Assembly: GCA_037447605.1 (NCBI GenBank)
Contig: CM074809.1
Span: 3,524,689-3,588,688, forward strand
Direction: 5' to 3'
DNA from: Zygnema circumcarinatum SAG 698-1b
Lineage: Eukaryota > Plantae > Zygnematophyceae
DNA length: 64,000 nt
Shown here: positions 12,406 to 24,948 of the stretch, piece after piece
Layout of the letters: every line of letters begins with the position of its first letter
How positions within the stretch are numbered: the first letter of the stretch is position 1
Position numbers and translations under genes: made by a program
Notes under the pieces: model-generated
The model's input: the letters and a program-made list of their open reading frames with translations, nothing else
Database searches by the model: none
What the model was told of the DNA's origin: nothing

Positions 12406-14507
12406 ATGGCGCTCGCGCTCTGCGACGACCCCGCCCTGGAGGACAACGACAGCGCTGCGCTGTGGGCCTACGTCGCCGAGGTCGAGGCGACGGGCGGAGG
12501 GAAACGGGCCCGCCTCTCACAGCCCTCCCGCAGCTGCACTCCCCCAGAGGCACCACGTGGCAGACGGCTCGTAATCACAGAGATGCCGCATTCTCCCAAC
12601 ACTTCTCTTCCAGATGCCGCTCAAAGGCATTCCAATCACTATGGGAAGGCGCATGCCGAGGTCGCTTCTCCTGCAATGGATTTTAACGGAGGGCGAGAAG
12701 AGGGAGGGAGAAACGGAGGTGGGAGAGGGGGGAGAGCTCTCGCAGCAGTCGGAGAACGCATGCGAAATCCTCCCATTCAGTCTTCTTGGGAGGTTGCTCG
12801 TCATCTGCAAGGCCAGGGAGCTCAGCACCTCATCAAAAGACTGCCCTTGCATGAAATAAGCAACCCGAACTATAACCCTTACCCTAACTCTAACCCTAAC
12901 CCTAACCCTAACCCGAACCCTAACCCTAACCCTACCTATAACTTTAACGCTAGCCCAAATTATGAATTTAACCCTAACGTGCGAGTTCTCTACTCTACAC
13001 ATTCGATGTCCGCGTGTCAACAAAGTCTTGAGAAGGAATTACCAGCTACAGTGGCGCAGCGGAGATCAGAGGATTGCAGTCTTCTTGAGGATGCGGGAGG
13101 AGGGAGAGGAAGAGCTTCATGGATGGCAGGAATACCTTCAGCTGCAGCATTCAAACATTGCCATCAAGCAGCTTTGGAGGTAGATTTGAAGATCATGCTT
13201 AGTGCATGCAGCTATCTGGAACATTAGTTGCAATTGCAGATACTGCGTCTATGTCCATGAGGTTATCATGGCTTTAGGAGCTTCAATTTGTGTTTATGTA
13301 GAGAGTGAGCGGTGTATTGTTTCGAGGGAGGAAGTTTAAGTTAGTCATTGCTTATTGTAAGTTAGACATTGCCGGAATTGTAAAAGTCGCTGCTTTTGTT
13401 TGCTTTTGCTTTACCGAGAATAGACTATCTCTGAGCCCTTCATCTAACTTAGGATTTTGTTCTCCTTGTGAAGATTCTGGAATCAGGCGATTATGTGAAC
13501 GTGCAGGGGAAGACGTACATTAAGAAGAGCGGTAGGGTGTTTAATTTTACACCCAGCTGCTTCTTGGCCGAGTCTGCATAAATAAAAAATACTACAATTA
13601 AATGGTGTTCTTGGACTGGCGTTCATTCAAACATCTACTTCATTTCAAGTGTTTACAAAAAAGTAGGGTGAGTTTGAGTGTCTGTTTTCGCTATGTTATT
13701 CTCGTGAACAGCAAGGCCTGTCTTTTCACTTTATGTCTACCTTACAAGTGGGTTCCTCAACATCCTGTAATCATTCTTGTCTCTTGGCGTGCAGGGTGGA
13801 GAAAAATCGCGTTCTTTTTTGGTATTTCGTTTGAAATCAAGGACCGAAAAATGGAAATGGATGATGCGGGCAGAATTGTACGAGCAGAATTCATCGTACG
13901 AGCGAGCATGCAGTAAGGCCGAACAGTCTGACCACTTTCTTTACTGAGTTGATTTCTCAATGCTTGACAAGCATTCAGCTTCACTTAGCTCGTGCAGTCA
14001 GCCGAAAAGCATAGTCGAAATTCCAGGGGGGACCATGGGATGCAGATCAGGTCGTTTCTCGGAGGGTTTGGGAACATGTGACCGTTCAGAAAAGCGGTTC
14101 GTACGACCAAACAATGACATTCCATGTACAGCGGAGACTCGGGCAAAGAATCGTGCTTGCCAGGTACTGTCTCCTACTTTGTATTCACATGTTCTATCAG
14201 TACAGACTCACTCTTTCTCTCTCTCTCTCTCCTCGCTCGCTCTCTCGCACTCTCACTCTCTCTCTCTCTCTCTCTCTCCCTCTGGCACTTAGAGGTCAAG
14301 TTATCAGAGGTTTGGTTTAGGCAAGCCGGAGAGGTAGTGTTGGTAACAGGGGAAGCAGACCAATGGGACATGGGGGGAGATCAAGGGGACATTGGGGGCT
14401 TTGCCAATATCTCAAGTTTGTATCCTGCTGCAACTATGCTTCTATCCTCCCTTTGTTTGAATGTGCAGGATTTGGTTGGCATTGGAGACGTGAAGTCGAA
14501 GCACTGA
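12406..14507 (+). CDS. Conserved plant protein of unknown function with a long low-complexity N-terminus
   Basis: Exons 12406-13179, 13474-13531, 13795-13912, 14046-14163 and 14469-14507 splice in frame. The C-terminus reads ILESGDYVNVQGKTYIKKSGWRKIAFFFGISFEIKDRKMEMDDAGRIVRAEFIVRASMQSGRFSEGLGTCDRSEKRFVRPNNDIPCTAETRAKNRACQDLVGIG, which I recall as a conserved uncharacterised plant family. Confidence 0.8.
12874..12935 (+). repeat. (CCCTAA)n telomere-like hexamers inside coding exon 1, read as Asn-Pro repeats
   Basis: aaccct tandem copies in frame, giving YPNSNPNPNPNPNPNPNPT. Confidence 0.85.
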
Positions 14508-15281
14508 GCACATTCTTTATTCTTTCATTCATCGAATAAGAAAACTCCTTCATACAAGACATCTAGACCTCATGTTGAATCTCTGTGTCAGCTTTTTGGA
14601 AATGAAATAGGGGGAGAGGGAAGAGGAGAGGGAGAGGGTGGGGGGGGGGGGGGAGGAGTTTTTAAACAGCACAAGGAGTGTTCTGCCTTCCTATAAGGGC
14701 TCCCTAAGGTCTCGTGTTCAGTACTCGTGGTTCCAGATAAAGGGCCCTCCCACATTGCAGCTTAGGGTTGGGATGTTGGTATGGACTTGAGACATTTCGG
14801 CAGTGAGAGTTGGTGGAAAGGAAGGGGGGAGGGGGGCTGGAGGTGTACGGAATTCGAAGAGGATTTTATGGTCATCCAGGGTTTGAGGTTTTTTAATCCT
14901 TTAAGGGCTGTAGGATTTAGGAGCAAATTGTACATTATCCCTTTCATCGTTAAGGAAAAAAGGGCCTTTTTTTGTTGTTATTTTATGCACATTGTGAGTG
15001 GATTAATTATTTTCGTGCCCTCACAATTCAACGTGACGTAACATTACAACGTGACGTGACAAAACCCCGACACTTTATTGAAACAATTGAAACAATTACA
15101 GAAAAAAATGGGTTAGACCACACACTGGAATTTCCTCCCAGTGGCTCCTCATACTCCTACGTGTGTGAATGCCTCCGCCCTACCGCCTTAACAGTTCCCC
15201 CCCCCCCCCTCCCCCCCCCTCTCTCTCGCTCTCTCTCACTCTCTCACTCTCTTTCTCTCTCTCTCACTCTCTCTCTCTCCC

Positions 15282-15312
<31 letters not shown>

Positions 15313-15942
15313 CTCCCTCTCTCTCACACTCTCTCTCCCCCTCCCGGGCAGTCAGCCTCCCTCCCTCACTGTGTGCCTGAAGGGGCGCAAAACAAATGTA
15401 AGTGTCATTGGGCAGCAGAGCCGCCTTCCCTCCGGCCTCGCCGGCGCTCTGCTTCAGACCTTATTGCTGCTGTCAGCTAAGGGCTCTACCGCATGTAACT
15501 GACAAACTGAACAAACGCCCCGTTCCGTTGTCATGTATCTGGAGGCACATAGAGACACACTCACACGAAACGTACAAAACTCAACAGGTACTGTCAGACA
15601 AATGCAGAACGAAAACAGCAGTTCCATGCATTACATTCCAGCTAAACTAAAAAGCGGAAATCGACAGTTCCTCTTTCTAGCCATTGGGAGAGTGTTGACA
15701 ACTTAGCACATGCATCGTGGATCTGTAATTCTGAAAAGAAAGGGCTCCCTGTAATGCAAATTGCTTTCATGAAAACGTTACTCTCGGAGCTTGCTGGCTA
15801 ACCACCCGCTCTATAGACAATGCTTAACCACCGACCATCACAGAGGTAAGACATCCAGCAAAAATGTGACACGTAGGAAAGGAAAGGAAACGATCGTACC
15901 TTCAAATAAATAAAGGCACCCCCTCGTTTTGAAGGCTGCATC

Positions 15943-18900
15943 TCACGATCTCCTCCTATAATACTCCTCCGACTCCGAATCTTTCTTGGAACCTTCCTCC
16001 GGAGTGCTCTCCTTCGTAGTCGACAACGTTTCCTCCGCCGTCGACGTTTCTCTCGTGGATGATGCTTTCAACGCCTGTATCTTCGCTTGCCGGTTCTTCT
16101 CTCTCTCTCTCTCTCCCTCCCCCAACCCCCTCCCCTCCTCCGCTCCCTCCCTCCCCTCCTCCCCCTCCTCCCCCTCCTTTACACTCACACATCTTTGCAC
16201 ATATGTGTTAATACTTGCATCAGGCCGAGCTTCCGCGAGATTCACAGAGGCACTCAAGCAGCCGCACTGCTTATCTTTTGGACGGTAGGCGAATGGTCCA
16301 TAGTTGCAGAAATTGGTAGAGCAATCCCACGCAGAGAGAGACCGGACAAAGGAGTAGGGGAAGCTGGAGGGGAACATAGTGCCCGAAAAGAGAAGGTATC
16401 CGTACGGGAGGGTGGTGCTGTTATACACTCCGGGGCACCCCTCTGGAATAGGGCCACAACCGCAACGGATCAGGGTACGGAAACAGCGCATAAAGGGAGA
16501 ACAGTTATGAGAGAATGTGAAGGTTGAGGTGACTAGACTCGATTTGGGTCAAGGGAGTTTGGCCCATCTGTTCGTTACTTGACTTTCATTGACCATCTTG
16601 ACTCTCCTTGACTCAACCATACTCTTGCCACTAATTTTTGACTAGTTTTCTTGTTCAACTCCGCAACCTCCTATTCGCGTGAGTTTGACTCTCCCTGACT
16701 CCACAGACACTACTGTGCCTCTCTTCAACGTTATTCACTCAACAACCCCTCGAATTTGGTTATTTTTCCTTGCTTTTAGGAACACCCAATAAACCCATTT
16801 TCAAGGGATTTCAAGGGTTTTCAAGAGTTTACGGGTTTTGGTTTCACTTTGGCCCGCTTGACTCAATTTGGCTCCACTTGACACCCCCCTCCCCCCCCCT
16901 ACTTAACCCAACTTCACTGTACTTCATTTCACTTGCTTTCGCTAGGTAGTCAACGTAAGGCTAGATCACTATACAAGCCACACATTACCTGCATTAGTCC
17001 CCCCTTAACTGCATATGACTCAATTGGACCCCACTGGAAGCTAAATGACCCCATCATCCCTTCGACTGCCGCAAGTTCATTCGGCTCCAAAACCCTTTCG
17101 AAATTAGGGGCGACGTTATGTGCTTGAGATGTGATCGCTATTATATTAAACAGGGCGGTGAATATGTCTGCTAAAAGAATGAAAAAAGTCGACATATGGA
17201 AGTCCATAGCAATGATGAAAATGCCCCACATGCCGCCCACTCGTGGGAAAAAACCTGCCTCCCTGAGTAACCTATGATCAAGAACCATATCAAATCACAT
17301 CTCGTGCCGCTTCACTACACAGAAAGTAAACACATACCCCTCAACCCGAATCTATATATATACATTTACATATACATATACATATCCACACATACCCATA
17401 GAAATACGTATATGGTGCCCATAACCTATACCCAGATGACGGCAGGTCGGTGTGGGACCCACCTGGCAGCTGACACTCGATGATATAGAGCGTGGTGTTG
17501 TGCAGCGTGGTGACGTCATAGTGCAACGTGGCGATGTCGACCGGCCCCGTGGCGCACTCGCATAGGCTGTAAATTTTGGTGAAGCGATAGGACCGCCCCG
17601 CGCAGTGACGTCGGCAGTGGCGGTGTGACGTCACGGGCCGCTCCACTAGCGCGAAGTTGTGGAGCAGTTCCATGTTTTGGACATGAAGGAAACCATCGCG
17701 CATGCGCTTGGGGATGGACCCGCAGGACCCTGCAAGGGAGGGGGGGGGGGAAGGGGTCAGGGAGGGGGGGGGGGGAGAGGGAAGGGGGGGGGGGGAGGGG
17801 GGGGGGGGGGGGGAGGGAAAAGGGGGGGGGAGGGGGGGGGTGGGGATGGGGAGGGGAAGGGGGAGGGGGGAGAGGGAGGGGGGAGAGGGAGGGGGAGAGG
17901 GAGGTGGGAGGGGAGGGGGGGATGGGGAGGGGAGGGAGGGGAGAGGGAGGGGGGAGGGGGAGGGGGAGGGGGAGGGATAGGGAGGGGGAGGGAGGGGGGA
18001 GAGGGAGGGGGAGGGAGGGGGAGGGGAGGGGAGGGGAGGGGAGGGGAGGGGGAGGGAGGGGGAGGGGGAGGGGGGAGGAGGGGGAGGGGGAGGGGAGGGG
18101 AGGGGGGGGAGGGGGAGGGGGAGGGGAGGGGAGGGGAGGGGGGAGGGAGGGGGGGGAGGGGGAGGGGGAGGGAGGGGGGGGGAGGGGGAGGGGGAGGGGG
18201 AGGGGAGGGGAGGGGGTAGGGGGAAGGCGGGAAAGGGGGAGAGGAGGGGAGGGGTCGAGAGGGAGGGGAAAAAGGGGGGAGGGGGAGGGGCATGTTTGCA
18301 GGGAGCAGGGGGGCAGAGGGGGAGGGGAATGGGGGAAGGGGGGAAGGGGGGGAGAGGGGGAGAGGGAGAGGGGGGGGCGGGGAGAGGGGGGGAAAGGAGG
18401 TGAGGGGAGTGGGGGGGAGGGGGTGCGGGGCGGGAGGGGGAGGGGGATGGATGGGGAGGGAGGGGGAGGGGAAGAGGTGGTGGAGGAGGGGGAGTGGAAG
18501 GGGGAGGGGAAGGGGGAGGGGGGGGGTGGGGATGGGGAGGGGAAGGGGGTAAGCGGGAGAGTGGAAGGGGGAAAGAGAGGGAGGGGGAAACGGGGAAGGG
18601 GAGAACGAAACTGAAAAGTAGTTGGAGTGAAGGGAGGGAGGGGAGGAAATGGAGCCAAGAGGGAAAAAGAGAGGACAAGGGAGAGGGAAAGATGAATATA
18701 GAAAGGACCGCCCGCCCTGCGCGCTGCGTGCAGGGGAAGGGAGGGAGGGACACGTGGCAGGTCCTGCAGGGCAGCGCAGCGCTCGGAGAAAGAGGGACAG
18801 GACAGGGACAGGAAGAACGACAAGGAGCGCGAAAGCTACTAGGGTCGGAGGAGAAAAAGAAAAGAGAATGGAAGTGGAACAAAGAGGCATAGAGGCGAGG

Positions 18901-19232
18901 GAGGAGGGATGGAAAGAGGGGCGCTTTGTCGGATTGACGAAATGGGGAATAAGTGCAAGGAGGAGAGGGACGAAGAATGATACAGACGAAGTGCGGGAGG
19001 AGTGAGAACGAAAGAGAGAAGGAAAGGGAAAGGCAAAGGGAAGGCTGCGGGGAGAGAGTCAAACATAGAAACGCGTAAAGCCTCATAATCTTGAATGGAT
19101 TTAACCAGGTGTTATTCATCCAACAAGTCCAAAATTCGAAAACAAAGTTGGCCTAACAAAACTCGAAAGGTTCCTACCTCCGACTCTCCCTCCCATCCAT
19201 CTCCCATTTCCTAGTGTCCGTCCCCCTCTCTC

Positions 19233-19269
<37 letters not shown>

Positions 19270-20460
19270 ACTCTCCCCCCCTCTCTTGCGGCCCACTTCT
19301 CCTAAACCTTTCCCTCCATTCCAAACTCCAAATTTCCAAACTTCGCTCTCTTGGCTTTCTCCCGCTTCGACCAACTCCTCTCCTCCCTCCACTTTATTTC
19401 TCCCCATTCTGCCTTCCCCCAGCTCCCTCTCCTCCCATTCCAAGCGTTAGCTGTCTCTTCCTCACTCGCCTTATTCTCGACTTCATCCCATTCCATTCTC
19501 TTTCGCCCTTTTCCTTACCGTTCCTCCCACATTTTCACCCACCTTTCACCCCCAAATCCTCTCACCCACCTCTCACTTTCCCTTCTCGCCTCTCTCCCTC
19601 CATCTCTCGATCCCTCCTTCCTGGTTCTTCCCCCTCTCTGTCTGTCTTATTCCCAGCTCAAAGTTATCCCTCTCTCCTCCTCTCTTCAACTCCTTCACTT
19701 AACCGTATCCGTCAGCCATTTCTCTCCTCTCTCCCTTCCTTCTTACCTCCCCAACTGGCTCCGATCCTCCCTCCCTGCCTCCTCTGCTCTCGCCCTCCCT
19801 CACTCTTCCACCTCGTGGAAGAAAGAGGGAGGATCCGCCTCCTACACCCTTTCTCTGTGTTTCTGATTCTCCGTCACTAAGTCCCTCTCTCACACTCACC
19901 ATCCGCCTCTCCCTCTCTTTTCAAGCACTTCCCTCCGTTGCATCTCTCCATCTCTCTCCTTCTCCCTCCTATCTCCCCTCCTCCCTCCTAATTCTGTACC
20001 GAAATGAAAACGTACAAATTTGAACCTAAACTTCCTTCGTTGCATATTTCATGCAACCGGGAAACTGCTAAGTATCTCATCCAAATGGCTCACTATCGCA
20101 CTGCAAGCGCTAAATCGTCCAATCGCAACTCGAAAACCATATGATTATGAAAAAAGCAAAACCGCGTCCAGAAGATCGACCCCTAAACAGTAGCAGATTC
20201 CGTCATCTGCAACGGACTGATCCCTGCATGGACTCCCTCCAGCCCATCCCCACTCTCAACCCTAATCCCACAGAGGCCTGCCACGCATATTAGGGTTTCT
20301 ATGTGTCCCACAGTTGCAGTTAGGTTTTGGAAGTACCGGCGCGGACGACCATCAAATGAAGCGAGCAGAGGGAGAGAAAGAGCGTCAGCGTCACAGTTCT
20401 GCCAATCACAAGAGGTATCCTCCATGGCGGCCGCCGCCTCTCCTTCAAGCAGGGCGCCAT
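15943..20460 (-). CDS. Tentative multi-exon secreted or membrane-anchored protein with Cys-rich WSC/PAN-like modules
   Basis: Putative exon 1 (20460-20337) is MAPCLKERRRPPWRIPLVIGRTVTLTLFLSLCSLHLMVVRA with a phase-1 donor. Exon 17729-17463 (TTGCAG..G|GTGGG) contains CRRHCAGRSYRFTKIYSLCECATG. Exon ~17168-16992 reads DIFTALFNII...GGLMQ. Region ~16445-16200 contains CSTNFCNYGPFAYRPKDKQCGCL, and an acidic/Ser tail ends at 15943. Not all junctions could be phased. Confidence 0.5.
17736..18660 (+). repeat. ~0.9 kb almost pure G/A (GGGGA-type) tract
   Basis: Nearly uninterrupted purines on the + strand. It is a polypyrimidine tract on the - strand directly before the acceptor at 17730. Confidence 0.9.
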
Positions 20461-21148
20461 GGCGAGCTCAGGCAGAGAAGGAGGGAGAGGATGCGGGAGA
20501 GGGGAAGACGGAGGGCGGTGGGGAGGGCTCAAAAGCAGGGAAAGGGCGCTGGCCGCCACGTGGCCCAATGGCGAGCCGAGTTCGGCGCCATATGCGGGCC
20601 GGTTCAAACGGGCAGGCAACGCGAAACGACGGATCTATTCCAAAATTTTCGATTTTTACGGAACTGTGGCCACGGTTCTATGCGCCTGACAGTGGCGCTC
20701 GGACTGGGCGGTGACCGGGGGACTCGACAACCAAACGTTTTTGCCGGCCATGACGTTACCCGCACGTGTGCCTCTCACACGTGTGAAAGAATCTGCATTA
20801 GATTTGACGAGAATCGCGGAAATGACAGATTTTAAGAATCTCATACTTGTCGGTTTTAGAGATTCTGGCGTATGTTGTTTGTCGTTTAGTACATCGAACA
20901 GCAGTGAAGGTGGGTCCGACGATTCTTCGTACATAAAAATCTTTTATTAAGGACCGGAACACGATTTACGGGCAGAAAAGAAAATTTTGGATGAGTTGAC
21001 AGGCCCCCCCATTGGCTCAAACTGGCAAAAAATTAACGATTTCGGTTAAGTCGGTCCAAATGGCTGGATCCCTCCGACAGTCTTGTTGACACGTGGAATC
21101 CGATGATTGGCTAATAAAATCCTATTTTAAAAAGGAGCACAAAGCATC

Positions 21149-21710
21149 CGTACACTCATGCAGTATACCGTACGGTACCAAATGAACAGGTCAAACTTTC
21201 GGTTACCGGTAGCTTTCCGGCCGGTGCGGCGGATCGTACGATACGGTACGGACGGCCGCTTTCAGGACCAGGGACTGTACCCGCCGGCAGGGGCCGACGG
21301 ACGGCAACCGTACAATGCGTGTGGGAACTCATGGACGGCTGGGATGAGCCAGATCCGGCCAGCAGCCTGACCACCGTCGTTCAGTTTTACCAAACACCGT
21401 GTCGTACGGAGTATCGTACCGTAATACGGATTGATGATTTACTGTACGGGGTAAATCGGGAAACCAGTGACCGTCCGTCCGTCCAGACAAAAAAGGGTCC
21501 CAAATCGTCCACCTGGCGAGCGCTGATTGGGAATGGATCGCCGGCCGCCAGTACAGCGTGTTTCTGGACCGCCCAACTCTCCATCCGCCGGGGGCGGGAA
21601 CAATGGGATCGGGGCGGAAGGGAAAATAGTTTGTTAGTGGCTTTCATGTTGTCATTGTACAGTACAACGCGCTCGACAGTGGCCGTCCGAGCGAGGTACG
21701 GTACAGAGAA
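21149..21710. other. GTAC/CGTAC-dense intergenic block
   Basis: About 15 GTAC tetramers counted by eye in ~560 bp (random expectation ~2). A similar block lies at ~26170-26730. Confidence 0.55.
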
Positions 21711-22924
21711 GGTCAAAGTCAACGCGGGGAGGGAGGGAGGAAACGACGAGACGTCACATCGTGCACATCTTATGCCATGTCACGACACGTCACGTCGTGA
21801 CATGTCATGTCACGTCAGTTTTTTAGTAGTGGAGTGACGTCACGCTCGTCACGCCTCTGGCGAATTGGCTCTGGCCAACGGTTGGCGACTCTTTTCGCCC
21901 ATTTGGGAGGACGATGGACGGACGGTTCTCCACGATCCATGGAGTCACAGACTCACAGCAGAAAGAAGGGTGCGTCGGATCCATACACATGGAGCTGAGG
22001 TCCAGCCACAGCACTGGAACAAGGAAACGGGTGGAAGCCACGGCATGGAACACGGTCCGCTTGCAGATCCCTCCTGACCATTTGGGTGTCTACCTCAGTT
22101 ACCTTACAAGACCGTACCATGTCCCTCATTGTTGATCGGAGTGAATCGCGTAACTGAAGCTGACTAGTCAGACAAGAGACGCTTCACCCTTGCGAAGTCC
22201 TCGCCCATGTACAGGCACGCATGTCACATGGCTCTGTTTGTCATGGCATCAGCTTCTTAGCTTCTCATGCATTTAAGTTCTGGCAATCAAGCAGACACTA
22301 ATGACGGGGCCACTCCCACAAGCAGCCTTTGCCCAATAAGAGCATAACACAGCGGCCGCGTCAAAAGTGGAACAAAAAGTGTTCACAAGTGCCAAATCGT
22401 GATGGCCAAGCTAACCCATTTCTGACTTTCTTAGTCTCACAATGGTTAGAAGGCACCCCTAGCTAACACGACTAAAGTATGGCAAAATTAGGCGACTGAA
22501 AATAGCATACCCGGCTGGATCATCATGCATGGCAGAGCAAGACATGACCTTATCCTGAAGGACTCATAGGCATGCTGCGCGGGTCAGAGTGAAGAGAGAA
22601 GCATGATGTTGCGAGAGAGGGCTTTGCTATTAGGAGTGTGAAGAGCTGTCAACATCGCCAGTTGTATTATTGCACTATCGACTGCAGACCTCAAAGACTC
22701 GGTTCAGCCTCATGTTGCAGTGACTCTGCTTTCTGAGCCCGTGCCATACCCGCATCATCCCATGCATTAGTGCATGCATGCATGCGCCGAACGCGTACCA
22801 CTGCCCAGCGAGCATCCATGGATGCGCAGCTGAAACTTCATTCTTCCTCCTCTGTTTCCCTTTCCGTTTCGTCTGTACAAACTGACCCAGTGGAGAGGAG
22901 GGTCGGTCCCCGTGCCCTCTTCTC

Positions 22925-24948
22925 TCACATGCGCTGCCGCACCCTCCGGTTGTTGCCGTCGGCTCCGTCTGCGTGTTGGCTCCAGACCGAGGCGCGTCCC
23001 CGGGGGGGCTGCCCCTCCTCGCTGCCCGCGCTGCTGGTCCCAACGCCCGCCACAGTCCTCAGCAGCTCCGCCTGCAACGAGGGGCAGCTTTCTCTCAAAT
23101 ACTCGAACCCCTCCGTGTCCATCACCGCTGCACACGCGAACACAACAAGCACAGCCTGGTGAGAACAACGGGGGGAAACGCAGACACAATCAATCGACGT
23201 TGAATGTCTCTGGAGTAAGCAATGGGAACTCTAGCTTCTGTGAAGGGGAGAGAGCATGTCTTCAAACTACTGCATTTAATCCTTTGAAAAGCCTTTAAAG
23301 CTCAAGGAAGACTCGAGATTTGGAGCATTACCTTTCAAATTGGCTGCAGCAAACTTCAAGCAAACGCTCTTCAGTTGAGCAGCGTGGTGCTGCTCGGCCA
23401 GAGCCAATGTTGTTGCCACTGTGTCTATGCTAACCTCCTCACAAAGTTTGGATTCACACATAAGGCGCAAGCGATCTAAGGCGTATCGATCCGCAGCTGC
23501 AAGCAAATGTTGGGCCATAAGAGTGGATGCCGAGGCTGAGGAGGACCCTGTCAAATCGGGGGTATCTGGTAATGTATCCTTGTAGATGAAATGCAGCATT
23601 GCCTGTCATTCGTTCGCCCCGAAACAGGTTGTCAGCAATGACCTAAGTTCCGGTGGGAATTACCGTGAATTGTATAAAATCACTATGGATCAGCCTGACA
23701 ATGATTGGAAACAAGTACCTTCATCTAAAGCAGAGCATCCAGAATCTTCCTTACAAGCACTCGAAGTGGAGACATACAAAACAGGAACACAGACATAAAC
23801 ACGAAAACAGCGAGTTCCAGAGGAGCCCATACGACTCAACACGATATCCCCAATAGTCTTACAAACAGACACAATTGTCAGCCCATTCAAGTGAGATGCC
23901 GCAACATATAACATGCTTGACTTATCTCCGCATCTGCCGCCTTCATTAGACTCCAGGCACCCAATTCCAAACAGCAAAAGCAGCTGAATACTCACTCTAA
24001 ATACAGGTGCCTGCATGTCTTCCACCAGCAATTTCTCACTATTCCGTTCCCTCATAGGACCGAAAAGTTGAGCCTTGAAAACCGGCGACCTTGCAGCAAG
24101 AACCAACTTATGTGCACCAAAAGTTTCTCCATCCACCTCGAAGACCACATCCGAGCCCTCTCCCGTCTCTAAAAGTACTCCAAAATGCTCTCCCATATCG
24201 GGTGGGGGCACCGCAATAATGTAGGGTTTGGGGCCCTGTGTTGAAGACACCACCACTCCCACTGTACATGTGATAGAAAGCGTGTCATTCTTCAAGTAAT
24301 CTGACGTCTCCAAAACTGCCCTTCTGAAAAATCTCTTGTAGCCCCTGTAAAAACGAACGACCACGCCTTAACACACTCCGTTTCAAGTCAACCGAATACA
24401 TGCCAGCAGAAACCGCAAACAAGCATCCCAGACGGCTCAGCCACGCACAAATCATGCAAAATCATGGCCAACTCGCAGCCACAAAAACCTTTGTGTGTCT
24501 GTATATGCGGGCATGTGTGAACAACGAGAGAAAGAGGGAGCTCTTACCACATGCTCCCGCGATACTTCAAAGTGTATGGTCCGCTTTCCAGGGAGCGATC
24601 AAAGTGGCTGTGCACCTTGTGCTTGTTCTTGCCGCTCTGGTCCAACAGAGTCAACTCAAACAATGCTCTCACATCCGTCCCCTCACTTGCAAGAGCAATG
24701 AAAACTGACACATACTGCGAATTGTCTTCCGCATTCTTTCCGTCAGGGTAGAAGTAAATAGCCCACTGATATCCCCCTACTGTAAATGTATCGCTTGCCA
24801 TGTATTTCCCCACCCCCATACCCTTTGCTAGAGAATACCCATTAATTGTGAAGTGATGTGAGCCATTCACTGTTTCTGTCACGTTCCGTGACCTTGTAGG
24901 TGCAGATGCGCCGGCTCCCTCTTGAATAGCCATGGGGGTCCTGACCAT
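22925..24948 (-). CDS. BPM: BTB/POZ-MATH domain protein (CUL3 substrate adaptor)
   Basis: Exons 24948-24548, 24344-23996, 23602-23332 and 23127-22925. MATH: [48 protein letters not shown]...[21 protein letters not shown]: [46 protein letters not shown]. Confidence 0.97.

Noticed and set aside
17341-19119. 592-aa proline-rich 'extensin' ORF on the - strand
   Set aside because: The Pro-rich part is an irregular C/T microsatellite open in all three frames and ends at a canonical TTGCAG acceptor. Only 17729-17463 looks like a real exon.
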